Assembly (NCBI GenBank): GCA_048054495.1
Contig: JBGMQN010000069.1
Span: forward strand, 83,444-141,642
Reading direction: 5' to 3'
DNA from: Anaerolineales bacterium
GTDB taxonomy: Bacteria; Chloroflexota; Anaerolineae; Anaerolineales; E44-bin32
Length of the DNA: 58,199 bases
The notes beneath the pieces were generated by a model. It was not told the DNA's origin. It saw nothing but the letters and a program-made list of their open reading frames with translations, and did no database searches. The position numbers and the translations under genes are program-made. Positions 40,673-50,166 of the stretch are shown in pieces. Every line of letters starts with the position of its first letter. The stretch's first letter is position 1.

Positions 40673-41053
40673 ATGGGTAGAAGAAGCTCATGGCAGTTCC
40701 AGCAACACGAACGAGAACGCAAGGAAGCCAAGAAGATGAACCCGGTATGGCGCGGGGTCGGCTGCCTGCTTGTCGTGGCGATCGGTGCGCTGGGATTCCT
40801 GTTCGCGAATTGGTTCCTGGTTCAGAATGCAATCAACGGCTGGATCTACCTCCCGCCCGAGGTGATCAATCCAAATGTACGCGGGATCGGCAGTTTCCTC
40901 GCGGGCGGCAATCTGGTTCGTTTCGTGGTAGCTCTGACGTTTCTGCTGTTCGCATTTGCTTTCGTGAATTTCTTGTACGCCATCTTCTTTCCTGTGCAGC
41001 CCGGAGAGTACGACCTCCCCACGCCCAAGCGCCGGCGAAAACCTCGCCGATAG
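40673..41053 (+). CDS. small two-TM membrane protein (hypothetical)
   Basis: GGGAGGG lies 4 nt before ATG 40673; ATG 40736 is an alternative start. Two hydrophobic helices and a basic tail KRRRKPRR. No family recognised. Confidence 0.45.
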   Translation: MGRRSSWQFQQHERERKEAKKMNPVWRGVGCLLVVAIGALGFLFANWFLVQNAINGWIYLPPEVINPNVRGIGSFLAGGNLVRFVVALTFLLFAFAFVNFLYAIFFPVQPGEYDLPTPKRRRKPRR

Positions 41054-41098
41054 CGCGGTTTACATAACCTAGAGTTCAGAAAGCCGGAGGACACACAC

Positions 41099-43303
41099 TT
41101 GATCGGTGAATCAGTTTCGCGCGTCGATGCGCTCGGCAAGGTGACGGGGGAAGCGCTGTTCCCGGGCGATATCGACATGCCTAATCAGGCCTACATGAAG
41201 ATCCTTTTCGCGGCCCGCCCCCACGCCATCATTCGTCGGCTCGATCCCTCGGCCGCGGAAGCGGTTCCCGGCGTGCTGGGCGTGTTCACGGCGAAGGACG
41301 TTCCGGTCAATGAGTACGGAATGCTCCTGAATGATCAGCCCGTTTTGTGCGGCCCCGGCTCCAGCAAGCCGTACGCGGAGCGGGTGCGCTTCATCGGGGA
41401 CCAGGTGGCGCTTGTTGTGGCGGAGAGCGAGCAGATCGCAGCGGAGGCGACGAAGTTGATCGAGGTCGAATTTGAAGACCTGGCAGTAATTACCGATCCT
41501 GAGCAAGCCATGCAGCAAGGGGCCCCGCTGCTTCATCCGGATCGAGAGAGCAACATTTTCCAACACAATCGCATTCGGAAGGGGGATGTCGAGGCGGGGT
41601 TTGCCGAAGCGGCGGTAGTGATCGAGAGCGAATATCGCACTCCAGCTCAAGAGCATGCCTATCTCCAACCGGAGGCCGGACTGGCTTATATCGATGATGA
41701 AGGCCGGGTGACGGTCCAGATAGCTGGCCAGTGGACCCATGAGGATCAGGAGGAGATCGCACACGCGCTGGATTTACCCGTGGACAAGGTCCGCGTGAGA
41801 TACGCCGCGGTCGGCGGCGCGTTCGGCGGCCGGGAAGACATGTCGGTGCAGATCGTGCTGGCACTGGCGGCGTGGCGGCTGCACGAGCGGGGGATCGATC
41901 GACCGGTCAAGATCATCTGGTCGCGCGAGGAATCCATCTACGGCCACCACAAGCGGCATCCTTTTGTTCTGCGTTCCAAATGGGGAGTGAGCGCGGAAGG
42001 CAAGTTGCTGGCGGCGGAAGTGCAGGTCATCCAGGACGGTGGAGCCTATGCTAGCACTTCGACCAAGGTGCTGGGTAACGCAACGCTGATGTGTACCGGC
42101 CCCTACCGTGTCCCCAACGTGAAGGTAGATGCCTACTCGGTCTATACCAACCACATCCCGGGCGGAGCCTTTCGCGGCTTCGGGGGGCCGCAGGCGGCGT
42201 TCTCGGCCGAGATGCAAATGGAGAAGCTGGCGGTCGCGCTGGGCATGGACCCGGTTGAACTGCGCGCCCGAAATGTACTAAAGGAAGGCGATTTGCTCTC
42301 CGTCGGATCGCCGCTTCCCGAGGGCGTGACATTGGATCGGGTGATTGAAAGCTGCGCGGAGAATGCGGGGTGGGGTAGAACCAACGACGGCTGGGTCGCC
42401 CCCGATGTGGAGCAACCAGTTGAGCCCCACCTACGCCGAGGGATCGGCGTAGCGTGCGGCTTCAAGAACGTGGGCTTCTCGTTCGGCTTCCCGGAGCAAT
42501 GCTGGGCGACGGTTGAGCTTCATGGAGGTGAAGAGATTGAAGAAGTTGTCCTTCGCCACGCCGGCGCCGAGGTCGGACAGGGGGCTCACACGGCCCTGGT
42601 GCAGATGGCGGCCGAGGCGGTAGGGGTGCCGCTTGGGAAGGTGCGGCTCGACCCATCGGACACAGCCACCAGCGAAAACTCCGGCTCATCCTCTGCATCC
42701 AGAATGACCTTTATGGCGGGCCATGCCATACGCGGCGCAGTAGAAGCGGCGATGGTGAAGTGGCAGGATGAGGATCGCCCGGCCATCGCCAAATATCAGT
42801 ATCGGCCGCCTCCCACCACGCCATTCGATCCCGAGACGGGCCAAACTGAACCCAATTTTGCCTATGGCTACGTAGCTGAAGCGGCAACGGTCGAAGTCGA
42901 CACGGAGACGGGCGCGGTGCGCATTCTGGACGTCGTCTGCGCAGACGACGTCGGGCGAGTGGTCAATCCACAGGGCGTACGCGGACAGATCGAGGGCGGC
43001 GTCGTACAGGCGGCTGGCTATGCGATTTTGGAGGACTTTCGTCAAGAGGGCGGCGAAGTCCAGACCGGGCTCTTTTCGACCTACCTCATCCCAGGTATCG
43101 GGGACATCCCCGAGCGCGTGAAATCCGTCATATTGGAATACGAAGATCCCGGGGGCCCCTGGGGCGTGCGCGGAATGGCCGAAATGCCTTTCATACCGCT
43201 GACGCCTGCGGTTGTGGCCGCCGTGCACAATGCCACGGGCGTCTGGTTCGATGAGTTCCCGCTCACTCCGGAGCGGGTGCTGTGGGGCATCCGGGGAGAT
43301 TGA
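41099..43303 (+). CDS. molybdenum hydroxylase module C, molybdopterin-binding large subunit (most XDH-like)
   Basis: TTG start with GGAGG 8 nt upstream. IGESVSRVDALGKVTGEA, GGAFGGRED, AFRGFGGPQ and RGMAE motifs. Confidence 0.9.
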   Translation: MIGESVSRVDALGKVTGEALFPGDIDMPNQAYMKILFAARPHAIIRRLDPSAAEAVPGVLGVFTAKDVPVNEYGMLLNDQPVLCGPGSSKPYAERVRFIGDQVALVVAESEQIAAEATKLIEVEFEDLAVITDPEQAMQQGAPLLHPDRESNIFQHNRIRKGDVEAGFAEAAVVIESEYRTPAQEHAYLQPEAGLAYIDDEGRVTVQIAGQWTHEDQEEIAHALDLPVDKVRVRYAAVGGAFGGREDMSVQIVLALAAWRLHERGIDRPVKIIWSREESIYGHHKRHPFVLRSKWGVSAEGKLLAAEVQVIQDGGAYASTSTKVLGNATLMCTGPYRVPNVKVDAYSVYTNHIPGGAFRGFGGPQAAFSAEMQMEKLAVALGMDPVELRARNVLKEGDLLSVGSPLPEGVTLDRVIESCAENAGWGRTNDGWVAPDVEQPVEPHLRRGIGVACGFKNVGFSFGFPEQCWATVELHGGEEIEEVVLRHAGAEVGQGAHTALVQMAAEAVGVPLGKVRLDPSDTATSENSGSSSASRMTFMAGHAIRGAVEAAMVKWQDEDRPAIAKYQYRPPPTTPFDPETGQTEPNFAYGYVAEAATVEVDTETGAVRILDVVCADDVGRVVNPQGVRGQIEGGVVQAAGYAILEDFRQEGGEVQTGLFSTYLIPGIGDIPERVKSVILEYEDPGGPWGVRGMAEMPFIPLTPAVVAAVHNATGVWFDEFPLTPERVLWGIRGD

Positions 43304-43390
43304 AATCGCGCCACCGCCACTAGGCCAGGGTGGTAGAGGGCCCACCGCTCTCGCCGAACCGATAAGCAAGTCGCAGCCCAGTGGGAATCC

Positions 43391-44218
43391 ATGACCCATC
43401 TAGCACCTCTGATCCTTCTACGCGGCGGGGGTGATCTCGCCACCGGAGTTGCTGCACGTCTCTGGCGCGGCGGCTTCGGAGTCGTGGTCACCGAGACCGA
43501 GCAGCCGAGAGCGGTGCGACGACTGGTTTCACTGGCTGAAGCGGTCTACGCGGGATCGGTCGCCGTCGAGGATCTGCGCGGGGAGCGGGTTAGCGACGCC
43601 GCGCAAGCGTCCGCCGTGCTCCATCGGAGCGCGATCCCCGTCCTGGTCGATCCAACCGCAGCGATTCGGAATGATCTGGAACCTGCGGCCTTGGTGGATG
43701 CGCGCATGACGAAAGCGGAACCCGATCTAGATCTTAGTGCCGCGCCTTTCGTGGTCGGCCTTGGCCCAGGCTTTACGGTCGGATTCCACGCGCATGCCGT
43801 TGTTGAGACCAATCGCGGCCATCGCATGGGAAGAGTCTATTGGGAGGGCGCCGCGCAACCGGACACCGGCATTCCCGATTCGGTTCATGGGCATGATGCT
43901 GACCGGGTGCTGCGTGCCCCCGCAGACGGGGTGTTTGAGCCGGCAGCTGAAATCGGCACCCTGGTGAAATCCGGTGAGGTTCTTGCTCAAGTCGATGGCG
44001 TCGCGATCGTTGCCGCCTTCGATGGAGCACTGCGTGGCTTGCTCCACGGCGGTATTGAGGTCGAGGCAGGCGTCAAGGTGGGGGATCTCGATCCGCGACA
44101 GGATCTAGGCTTGTGCAGCTTGATCTCCGATAAATCGCTGGCGGTCGGAGGCGGCGTACTGGAGGCGCTGCTCAGCCAACGCACCATCCGAAAGCAGCTG
44201 GCTGCCTCTTCCAATTAA
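43391..44218 (+). CDS. YqeB/EF2563-family selenium-dependent molybdenum hydroxylase system protein
   Basis: LILLRGGGDLATGVAARLWRGGFGVVVTETEQPRAVRRLVSLAEAVYAGSV matches my recollection of the EF2563/YqeB C-terminal family (TIGR03309). Confidence 0.72.
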   Translation: MTHLAPLILLRGGGDLATGVAARLWRGGFGVVVTETEQPRAVRRLVSLAEAVYAGSVAVEDLRGERVSDAAQASAVLHRSAIPVLVDPTAAIRNDLEPAALVDARMTKAEPDLDLSAAPFVVGLGPGFTVGFHAHAVVETNRGHRMGRVYWEGAAQPDTGIPDSVHGHDADRVLRAPADGVFEPAAEIGTLVKSGEVLAQVDGVAIVAAFDGALRGLLHGGIEVEAGVKVGDLDPRQDLGLCSLISDKSLAVGGGVLEALLSQRTIRKQLAASSN

Positions 44219-44237
44219 AGAGAGCTAGCCCTATGGC

Positions 44238-45581
44238 ATGCAGCTAAGTAGAGCGCTCCGTATCGTGCCGGGTCTTGCGGTTGCCTTTACGGGAGCCGGC
44301 GGCAAGACGAGCGCCATCCGCCGGATGGCGCAGGAGATCGCGCAAACCTCCGATAGTGAGCCCAACTCCCTTGTCATTACGACCACCACTCGGCTCGGGC
44401 ACAACCAGCGTGATCTGGGCAATCATCATCTCGTCGATCCCACCCAAGATCAGATTACTGCATTGCCCGACCTGCTAGCGGAGCACGGGTCGGTGCTCGT
44501 TACCGGCCCGGCGGTGGAGGACAAGTGGAGCTCACCCTCAGATTCCACGTTGGAACAGCTTCACCACCTCGCATCGGAAAACGGATCGGTACTGCTTATC
44601 GAGGCCGATGGCGCCCAGGGGCGCAGCCTGAAGGCGCCTGCCGAACACGAGCCGGCCATCCCGAAGTTTGTGGATCTGGTTGTCCCGATGGCCGGCCTGG
44701 ATGCCCTGGGTCAGGCGATCGAGTCTGAGGTCGTGCACCGACCGGAGTTCGTCGCGGCCGTGCTGGATACGCCGCAGGAAGCCGAGGTCGGGCCGGTCGA
44801 GCTGGCGGCCGTGCTTGCCGCGGAGCAGGGTGGATTGAAAGGGGTACCGGACGGCGCGGAAGTCCGGGTGCTGCTCAACAAGGCCGAGGGCTCCGCCATG
44901 GAACCTGGGCGTCAGATCGCGCAGGCCTTGTTAGGAACCGGTCGAATCCAGTCGGTCGCGCTGGCTTCCGTACTTGAAGAGGATCCAGTGCGGGAGGTGC
45001 GCGGGCGCGTGGCGGGAGTGGTGCTTGCCGCCGGCGGCTCTTCGCGGTTGGGTGAGCCGAAGCAGCTGATCCAGTGGCGAGGCCACCCGTTGGTCTGGCA
45101 CGCGGTACGCGCAGGCGTGGAAGGCGGCCTGGGCCCAGTCGTCGTGGTCGTCGGCGAAACGGCGGACGGACTGCGTCAAGTGCTGGCGGGCGAAGCGATC
45201 GACATTATTGAAAACCCGGATTGGAGAGCGGGTCAGAGCGGCTCAGTCCGGCTTGGACTTGAGGCGGCATCGGAAGGAACGGAGGGGGTCGTGTTCCTGC
45301 TGGCCGATTTGCCCTTCGTGGGGCCGGATCTGGTCAGCGCCCTGATTGAGCGTCACCGCCAGACGCTGGCGCCATTGGTCGCAACCTGGGCCGGAGGGCG
45401 AAGGGCCAATCCAGTGCTGTTCGACCGGAAGACCTATTCCGATCTCCAATCGCTCAGCGGCGACCAGGGGGGAAGGGCAATCTTCCGGCGATTTGAACCT
45501 GAATTTGTGGAATGGGACGACTCGATATTGCTGGACGTGGACACGCCTGAGGACCTTGAGCGGCTGCGCCAGCTAGAATGA
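44238..45581 (+). CDS. fusion of a YqeC-family accessory protein with MocA-like molybdenum cofactor cytidylyltransferase
   Basis: N-terminal half has AVAFTGAGGKTSAIRRMA (YqeC-like P-loop). From about aa 257 (nt ~45006): GVVLAAGGSSRLGEPKQL (MobA/MocA NTP-transferase). Confidence 0.75.
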   Translation: MQLSRALRIVPGLAVAFTGAGGKTSAIRRMAQEIAQTSDSEPNSLVITTTTRLGHNQRDLGNHHLVDPTQDQITALPDLLAEHGSVLVTGPAVEDKWSSPSDSTLEQLHHLASENGSVLLIEADGAQGRSLKAPAEHEPAIPKFVDLVVPMAGLDALGQAIESEVVHRPEFVAAVLDTPQEAEVGPVELAAVLAAEQGGLKGVPDGAEVRVLLNKAEGSAMEPGRQIAQALLGTGRIQSVALASVLEEDPVREVRGRVAGVVLAAGGSSRLGEPKQLIQWRGHPLVWHAVRAGVEGGLGPVVVVVGETADGLRQVLAGEAIDIIENPDWRAGQSGSVRLGLEAASEGTEGVVFLLADLPFVGPDLVSALIERHRQTLAPLVATWAGGRRANPVLFDRKTYSDLQSLSGDQGGRAIFRRFEPEFVEWDDSILLDVDTPEDLERLRQLE

Positions 45582-45602
45582 TCGTCGATCGAGCTCACAG
45601 AC

Positions 45603-45635
45603 GCGCAATGAAGGCCCAAGCGGCCTTCATTGTGC
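45603..45635. terminator. hairpin between convergent operons
   Basis: GCGCAATGAAGGCC-caagc-GGCCTTCATTGTGC forms 14 bp including one G-U. No clear U-tract on either strand. Confidence 0.5.
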
Positions 45636-45664
45636 AGTACGGAGTCCCCTGAGGGGGGCCTGGA

Positions 45665-46318
45665 CTAGCTCGATCTTCCCTTTTCGACCTCTTCCCTAAA
45701 ACGCTGTGCGCGCGCTGCAAGTGCGTCGAAGTCTCCCTCGTCGAGCAGCTTCTGATTGATCAGCGCGCTGCCGACCCCTAAGGCATCTGCTCCCATTTGT
45801 ATGAACTCCGACGCGGTATCGAGATTCACGCCGCCGACGGGGCAAAGCTTCAGTTGCGGCAGGGGTGCCTTGATCGCTTTGAAATACTTAGGACCGCCGA
45901 CGCTGGCAGGGAAGATCTTGATCAAATCTGCCCCGGCGTTCCATGCGCTCAATGCCTCGGTGGCCGTGAAGGCGCCCGGGATCACTGGAATCGAGTAGCG
46001 GTGGCACAGCTCGATCAGCGGCAAATCCAGCGTCGGCCCGACGATAAACTGCGCGCCGGCCAGGATTGCCGTCCGTCCCGTTTCGGCGTCCAGCACGGTC
46101 CCCGCACCGAAGAGCACCTCCTCGCCGTAGCGAGCACGAGCCTCCTCGATTACTTTTAACGCGCCCGGCGTCGTCATCGTGACCTCGATGACCTGCACCC
46201 CCCCAGACCTGATCGAGTCTGCAGCCTGGAGCAGCTGATCGCTGCTTTTGGCACGCATTATGGCGATGACCCCAGTGTCCAGAATGATCTTCAGTGCTTG
46301 ATCCTTATTCATCGTCAT
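45665..46318 (-). CDS. eda: KDPG / KHG aldolase
   Basis: 217 aa. GVQVIEVTMTTPGAL, KIFPA and CPVGGVNLD motifs. Confidence 0.85.
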   Translation of the reverse strand: MTMNKDQALKIILDTGVIAIMRAKSSDQLLQAADSIRSGGVQVIEVTMTTPGALKVIEEARARYGEEVLFGAGTVLDAETGRTAILAGAQFIVGPTLDLPLIELCHRYSIPVIPGAFTATEALSAWNAGADLIKIFPASVGGPKYFKAIKAPLPQLKLCPVGGVNLDTASEFIQMGADALGVGSALINQKLLDEGDFDALAARAQRFREEVEKGRSS

Positions 46319-46322
46319 ATCC

Positions 46323-47405
46323 TCATCTCAGCTCGATCGAGCCGTCGACGCCGATCTTTTTCACACCGGAGCCCTCGTAGGCGACCGCGGCCAACTCCGT
46401 TTCGATGACCTGCCCGGGTTTCATTATTAACGCGGTCTTGTTTTCAATCGCATTCTTCACTCCCGCAGGTGGATAGCTGGTGAATGGCTCCAGCGCACAG
46501 TTGTACGTGCGCCCGTACCAGGGGTAGTCGTCGTGGCCTCCATAGACTTGCCACATCCACAGGTACTTGAAGAGTTGAGCTTCCCAGGCCATTCCGAAGC
46601 CCACCTGCTTGTCCCGATTGGTCAGCCCGTACCAGCCTTGCTTCAAATCCTTGAAGAACACCACATCGACGGAACCGGTATCTCGCGGCAGCACATGGGT
46701 GACGTCCTGCAGTTCGTTCGTTCTTCGGTTCATGACCTGAGGGAACTCGTAGCCACCGCCGGGTTCCCATAGCCCGTTGTCGTGATAGGCGAGCACTTCC
46801 ACTTCTGAAGCTTCGGTCTCGACGATGCAGCTGCTGTCCAGGAATGGCTCGCCGAAGGCCGGATGATGCCCCCACATGATCGCAAACTCCACCGGAGCTT
46901 CGTTCTCCAGCCGTTCCTGAATGAGCAATGCCGGCCGGTCCTTTTCGAGGCTCATCGTTCGCTGAAGCTTGAGCGGAGAGCGGTAGGTGCGGGTAGATAC
47001 CGTCAACGACACCCGCTCCGGCAGGTCTTCCACGATCTGGGCCTGGAAGGGAAGCAGCGATACCTCCCCATGCAGTCCTTGATAGGTTCCCAGATAAGGG
47101 TCGGAAGCCCAGCCGGCGGAGGGAAGTACCTCCTGCCAGCCTCCGTAGTAGTAATCGTGGAACGCACCCTCGGGAAGCGCGCTCGTAGATGTGAAGGGTC
47201 GGCGCATCTCAATGGGTGAGTGCCACAAAAAATTCAGATCGGTTGGTTTGTAGGTGAAGTCGAAGATATCCGCGCCTTTGTCCAGCAGCACTCCGACCCT
47301 CAGCAGCTCATTCTCTAAGTACGCAATGCGCATGCCCTTGTACTCATAGTCGAGGCTAATGCGGCAGCCCTGTGATCTTCCATGCGTGTACATTGGTAAA
47401 GTCAC
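46323..47405 (-). CDS. aldose-1-epimerase-fold protein (DUF4432-like)
   Basis: 360 aa. Beta-rich mutarotase-like pattern (LRVGVLLDKGADIFDFTYKPTDLNFLWHSP). Call is tentative. Confidence 0.5.
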   Translation of the reverse strand: MTLPMYTHGRSQGCRISLDYEYKGMRIAYLENELLRVGVLLDKGADIFDFTYKPTDLNFLWHSPIEMRRPFTSTSALPEGAFHDYYYGGWQEVLPSAGWASDPYLGTYQGLHGEVSLLPFQAQIVEDLPERVSLTVSTRTYRSPLKLQRTMSLEKDRPALLIQERLENEAPVEFAIMWGHHPAFGEPFLDSSCIVETEASEVEVLAYHDNGLWEPGGGYEFPQVMNRRTNELQDVTHVLPRDTGSVDVVFFKDLKQGWYGLTNRDKQVGFGMAWEAQLFKYLWMWQVYGGHDDYPWYGRTYNCALEPFTSYPPAGVKNAIENKTALIMKPGQVIETELAAVAYEGSGVKKIGVDGSIELR

Positions 47406-47504
47406 CTCCTGATGTTCCGTTTGCTGGACGGGCCAAAAACCGGTATGCCATCACTACCAATTGGAATTACTCCCCGGCCTGGTGCTGGTCCGTGAAAAAT
47501 CGGC

Positions 47505-48494
47505 TTAGCTGTTTTCCTTTCGTCGGAAGGAAAAGACTCGTGACAAGCCGCGCCCCACGTCGCTGCTCCACATATCCACTCCGACAGCCAGGACGATGAT
47601 CACTCCCAAAGTAATGTTCTGGTAAGCAGCAGGGACGGCATTCAGGTTCAATCCATTCTGGACTACAGCTACGGTCAGCGCGCCAAATAGTGTAGACACG
47701 ATGTTGCCCTCGCCTCCTGCCAAGCTGGCTCCGCCGATCACTGCCGCCGCGATGGTAGCTAATTCCATGGCCACACCGTAGTTCGGTGAGCCGGAATTCA
47801 ACCGGGCCGCGATCATTACACCAGCAATGGCGGCCGTCAGGCCTGCCAGGACAAAGACCAGCAGGTGGATCCGCTTGACCTGGATGCCCGAGAGCCGCGC
47901 AGCGGACTCGTTGCCTCCCACCGCGTAGATGGCCCTTCCAGGGCTTGTGTACTTAAGAAACACAAAGGTAATGCCGTACAACACCGCCACATAAATGACC
48001 GGTAGAGGTATCCCTGCTATCCGACCATAGAAGAGGCGATCCAGATTTGGAGAAATCGAGAAAATCGGAGTTCCCTTAGTAACCAAGAATGCTAATCCCC
48101 GGAATATGCTGAAAGTTGCCAGGGTCGCGATAAAGGAAGGGATCCGGCCGTAGGCGACTAGTCCTCCGTTGATGGCTCCAAGCCCTGCCCCCATAATCAG
48201 CGCTAGCACAATCCCCAAGGGTAGGGGCAGCCCCAGAATCTTCACCAGCACGGCAAGAATGGAGGCCGTCAGGGCCACGAGCGAACCCGGCGAGAGATCA
48301 ATGCCCGCCGTCAGAATGACGAGCGTGCTCCCAATGGCTGCGATTGCCACGCCGCTCACTTGTAGCGAGACATTTGACAGGTTCTGGGCTGTAAGGAAGC
48401 GATCTGTGGATAGTGAAACGACTATGACCGCCAAGATCAATGCGCTCAGTGGGCCGGCGATGGGCGACCGAAAGAATCTGGCAAGGCTTTCCAA
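47505..48494 (-). CDS. sugar ABC transporter permease (RbsC/AraH type)
   Basis: 329-aa polytopic ORF typical of CUT2 permeases. Confidence 0.88.
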   Translation of the reverse strand: MESLARFFRSPIAGPLSALILAVIVVSLSTDRFLTAQNLSNVSLQVSGVAIAAIGSTLVILTAGIDLSPGSLVALTASILAVLVKILGLPLPLGIVLALIMGAGLGAINGGLVAYGRIPSFIATLATFSIFRGLAFLVTKGTPIFSISPNLDRLFYGRIAGIPLPVIYVAVLYGITFVFLKYTSPGRAIYAVGGNESAARLSGIQVKRIHLLVFVLAGLTAAIAGVMIAARLNSGSPNYGVAMELATIAAAVIGGASLAGGEGNIVSTLFGALTVAVVQNGLNLNAVPAAYQNITLGVIIVLAVGVDMWSSDVGRGLSRVFSFRRKENS

Positions 48495-48544
48495 ACCGAT
48501 CTCCCTCTCTATTCGCGTGTGCTAGCTATCGGATACCTGCGCCT

Positions 48545-50107
48545 TCACATGCGGAGGGTTCCGTTGCCGTTGCTGGCATCGGCCCCTGAGGCGATTGAAA
48601 GAAGTTTGTATTCGTTGAGCTCATTTGCAGGTGCGACATGCAGGATGCGGCCATCTCGAATGACTGCAATCCTGTCGCTTATTGCCAGGAGCTCCGGATA
48701 GTCGGAGCTGATGAGTATGATGCTAATTCCCTGCTCCGTCAGTTCATTGATTACCTGATAGACCTCCAACTTGGCTCCGATATCCACTCCCTGAGTCGGC
48801 TCGTCGAGAATCAGGAGCTTGGCCCTGGAGAAGAGCCAGCGGGCAATCACGACCTTCTGCTGATTGCCGCCAGATAAGAACTCCACCGTGCGTTCGAGGG
48901 AGGTGGGCGTGATGCGGAGGCGGTCGACGTACTCCCTGCCCGCCTGTCGCTCGGCGGCAAGACTCAGAAACGGTCCACGAAGAAGGGTCCTCAGGCGCGA
49001 AATGGTGATATTCGGCGGACCCTCAAAATTGTAGAATAAGCCATCAGCCTTTCGGTTCTCGGGAACGAGCCCCACTCCGGCCGCGACCGCTTCCGTGGGG
49101 GTGGAGAACCGAACGGGCTTGCCGAAAAGTTGCATGGTACCACCCTCTAGTTGGTCCACCCCGTAGAGGGCGCGTGCGATTTCTGTTCGGCCGGCGCCGA
49201 CCATTCCGCCTAGTCCAAAGACCTCACCAGCATGAACGTCGAAGCTGACCCCATTTACGCCGTTCTCCGTTACGAGGTCTCGAACCTGAAGGCAGACCTC
49301 CGAACGGGCGTTGTGCTCCTTCGGATAGTGCTGCTCGATATCGATCCCGACCATCATCTGCACCACATCGCTCATGTCCAACTCAGCCAGCGGGCTCGTG
49401 TCGATGCGAAGCCCGTCTTTGAGCACCGTGATGACGTCGGCAATTTGGAAGACTTCATCCAGTCGATGGGAGATATAGAGTATGGCCTTGCCCCGCTTGG
49501 TAAGTCTGCGAATTAGCTCATGCAGGCGTCGGGTTTCGGCGAGACCGAGTGCGGCCGTCGGCTCGTCCATGATGACCAGGGATGATTCCAGCGATATGGC
49601 TTTGGCAATCTCTATGAGCTGCTGTTCGGCCCCCGAGAGGCTCTGCACAACCGCATTGGGATCCATCTGTATCGCAAGCTCTTGCAGCGTAACCCGGGTC
49701 ATCCGGCGCATCTGTTCCCAATCGATCAGACCAGTCTTGGCCTTTGTCAGCGGACGCCCCAGAAAGATGTTCTCGGCGACGGTGAGCGCTGGAACCAGGG
49801 AGAGCTCCTGGTAGATTGTGGCCACTCCATGTGCGACTGCGTCGAGAGGGTGATCCAGAACCACGGGTTCGCCCTGCAGCAACATTTCCCCGGAGTCGGG
49901 CTGATGGGCGCCAGCCAGGCATTTCGCGAGTGTGGTCTTTCCGCTTCCATTCTCTCCAAGCAAAGCGTGAATCTGCCCCCGCCGGAGGGAGAGCGAGACC
50001 TTGTCGAGAGCCTGCACTCCGGGGAATGCCTTTGAGATCTCTCGCAGTTCCCAGAGCGGGCGGCTATCTTGTGATTCGTGTGAAATCAAGGTTTCTGGGT
50101 TTGGCAC
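48545..50107 (-). CDS. sugar ABC transporter ATP-binding protein (duplicated ATPase, CUT2 type)
   Basis: GENGSGKTT and GMVGAGRTE Walker A motifs. LSGAEQQ and LSGGNQQK signatures. GTG start. Confidence 0.9.
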   Translation of the reverse strand: MPNPETLISHESQDSRPLWELREISKAFPGVQALDKVSLSLRRGQIHALLGENGSGKTTLAKCLAGAHQPDSGEMLLQGEPVVLDHPLDAVAHGVATIYQELSLVPALTVAENIFLGRPLTKAKTGLIDWEQMRRMTRVTLQELAIQMDPNAVVQSLSGAEQQLIEIAKAISLESSLVIMDEPTAALGLAETRRLHELIRRLTKRGKAILYISHRLDEVFQIADVITVLKDGLRIDTSPLAELDMSDVVQMMVGIDIEQHYPKEHNARSEVCLQVRDLVTENGVNGVSFDVHAGEVFGLGGMVGAGRTEIARALYGVDQLEGGTMQLFGKPVRFSTPTEAVAAGVGLVPENRKADGLFYNFEGPPNITISRLRTLLRGPFLSLAAERQAGREYVDRLRITPTSLERTVEFLSGGNQQKVVIARWLFSRAKLLILDEPTQGVDIGAKLEVYQVINELTEQGISIILISSDYPELLAISDRIAVIRDGRILHVAPANELNEYKLLSIASGADASNGNGTLRM

Positions 50108-50108
50108 G

Positions 50109-50136
50109 CCCGGCCGCGCCTGAGGACGCGGCCGGG
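50109..50136 (-). promoter_or_regulatory. intercistronic GC-rich stem-loop after the sugar binding-protein gene
   Basis: CCCGGCCGCG-8 nt-CGCGGCCGGG, a perfect 10-bp stem. It abuts the GTG start of the ATPase gene. Confidence 0.6.
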
Positions 50137-50166
50137 AATTGCCATTCGCTTGGCCTCAAACCCTTC

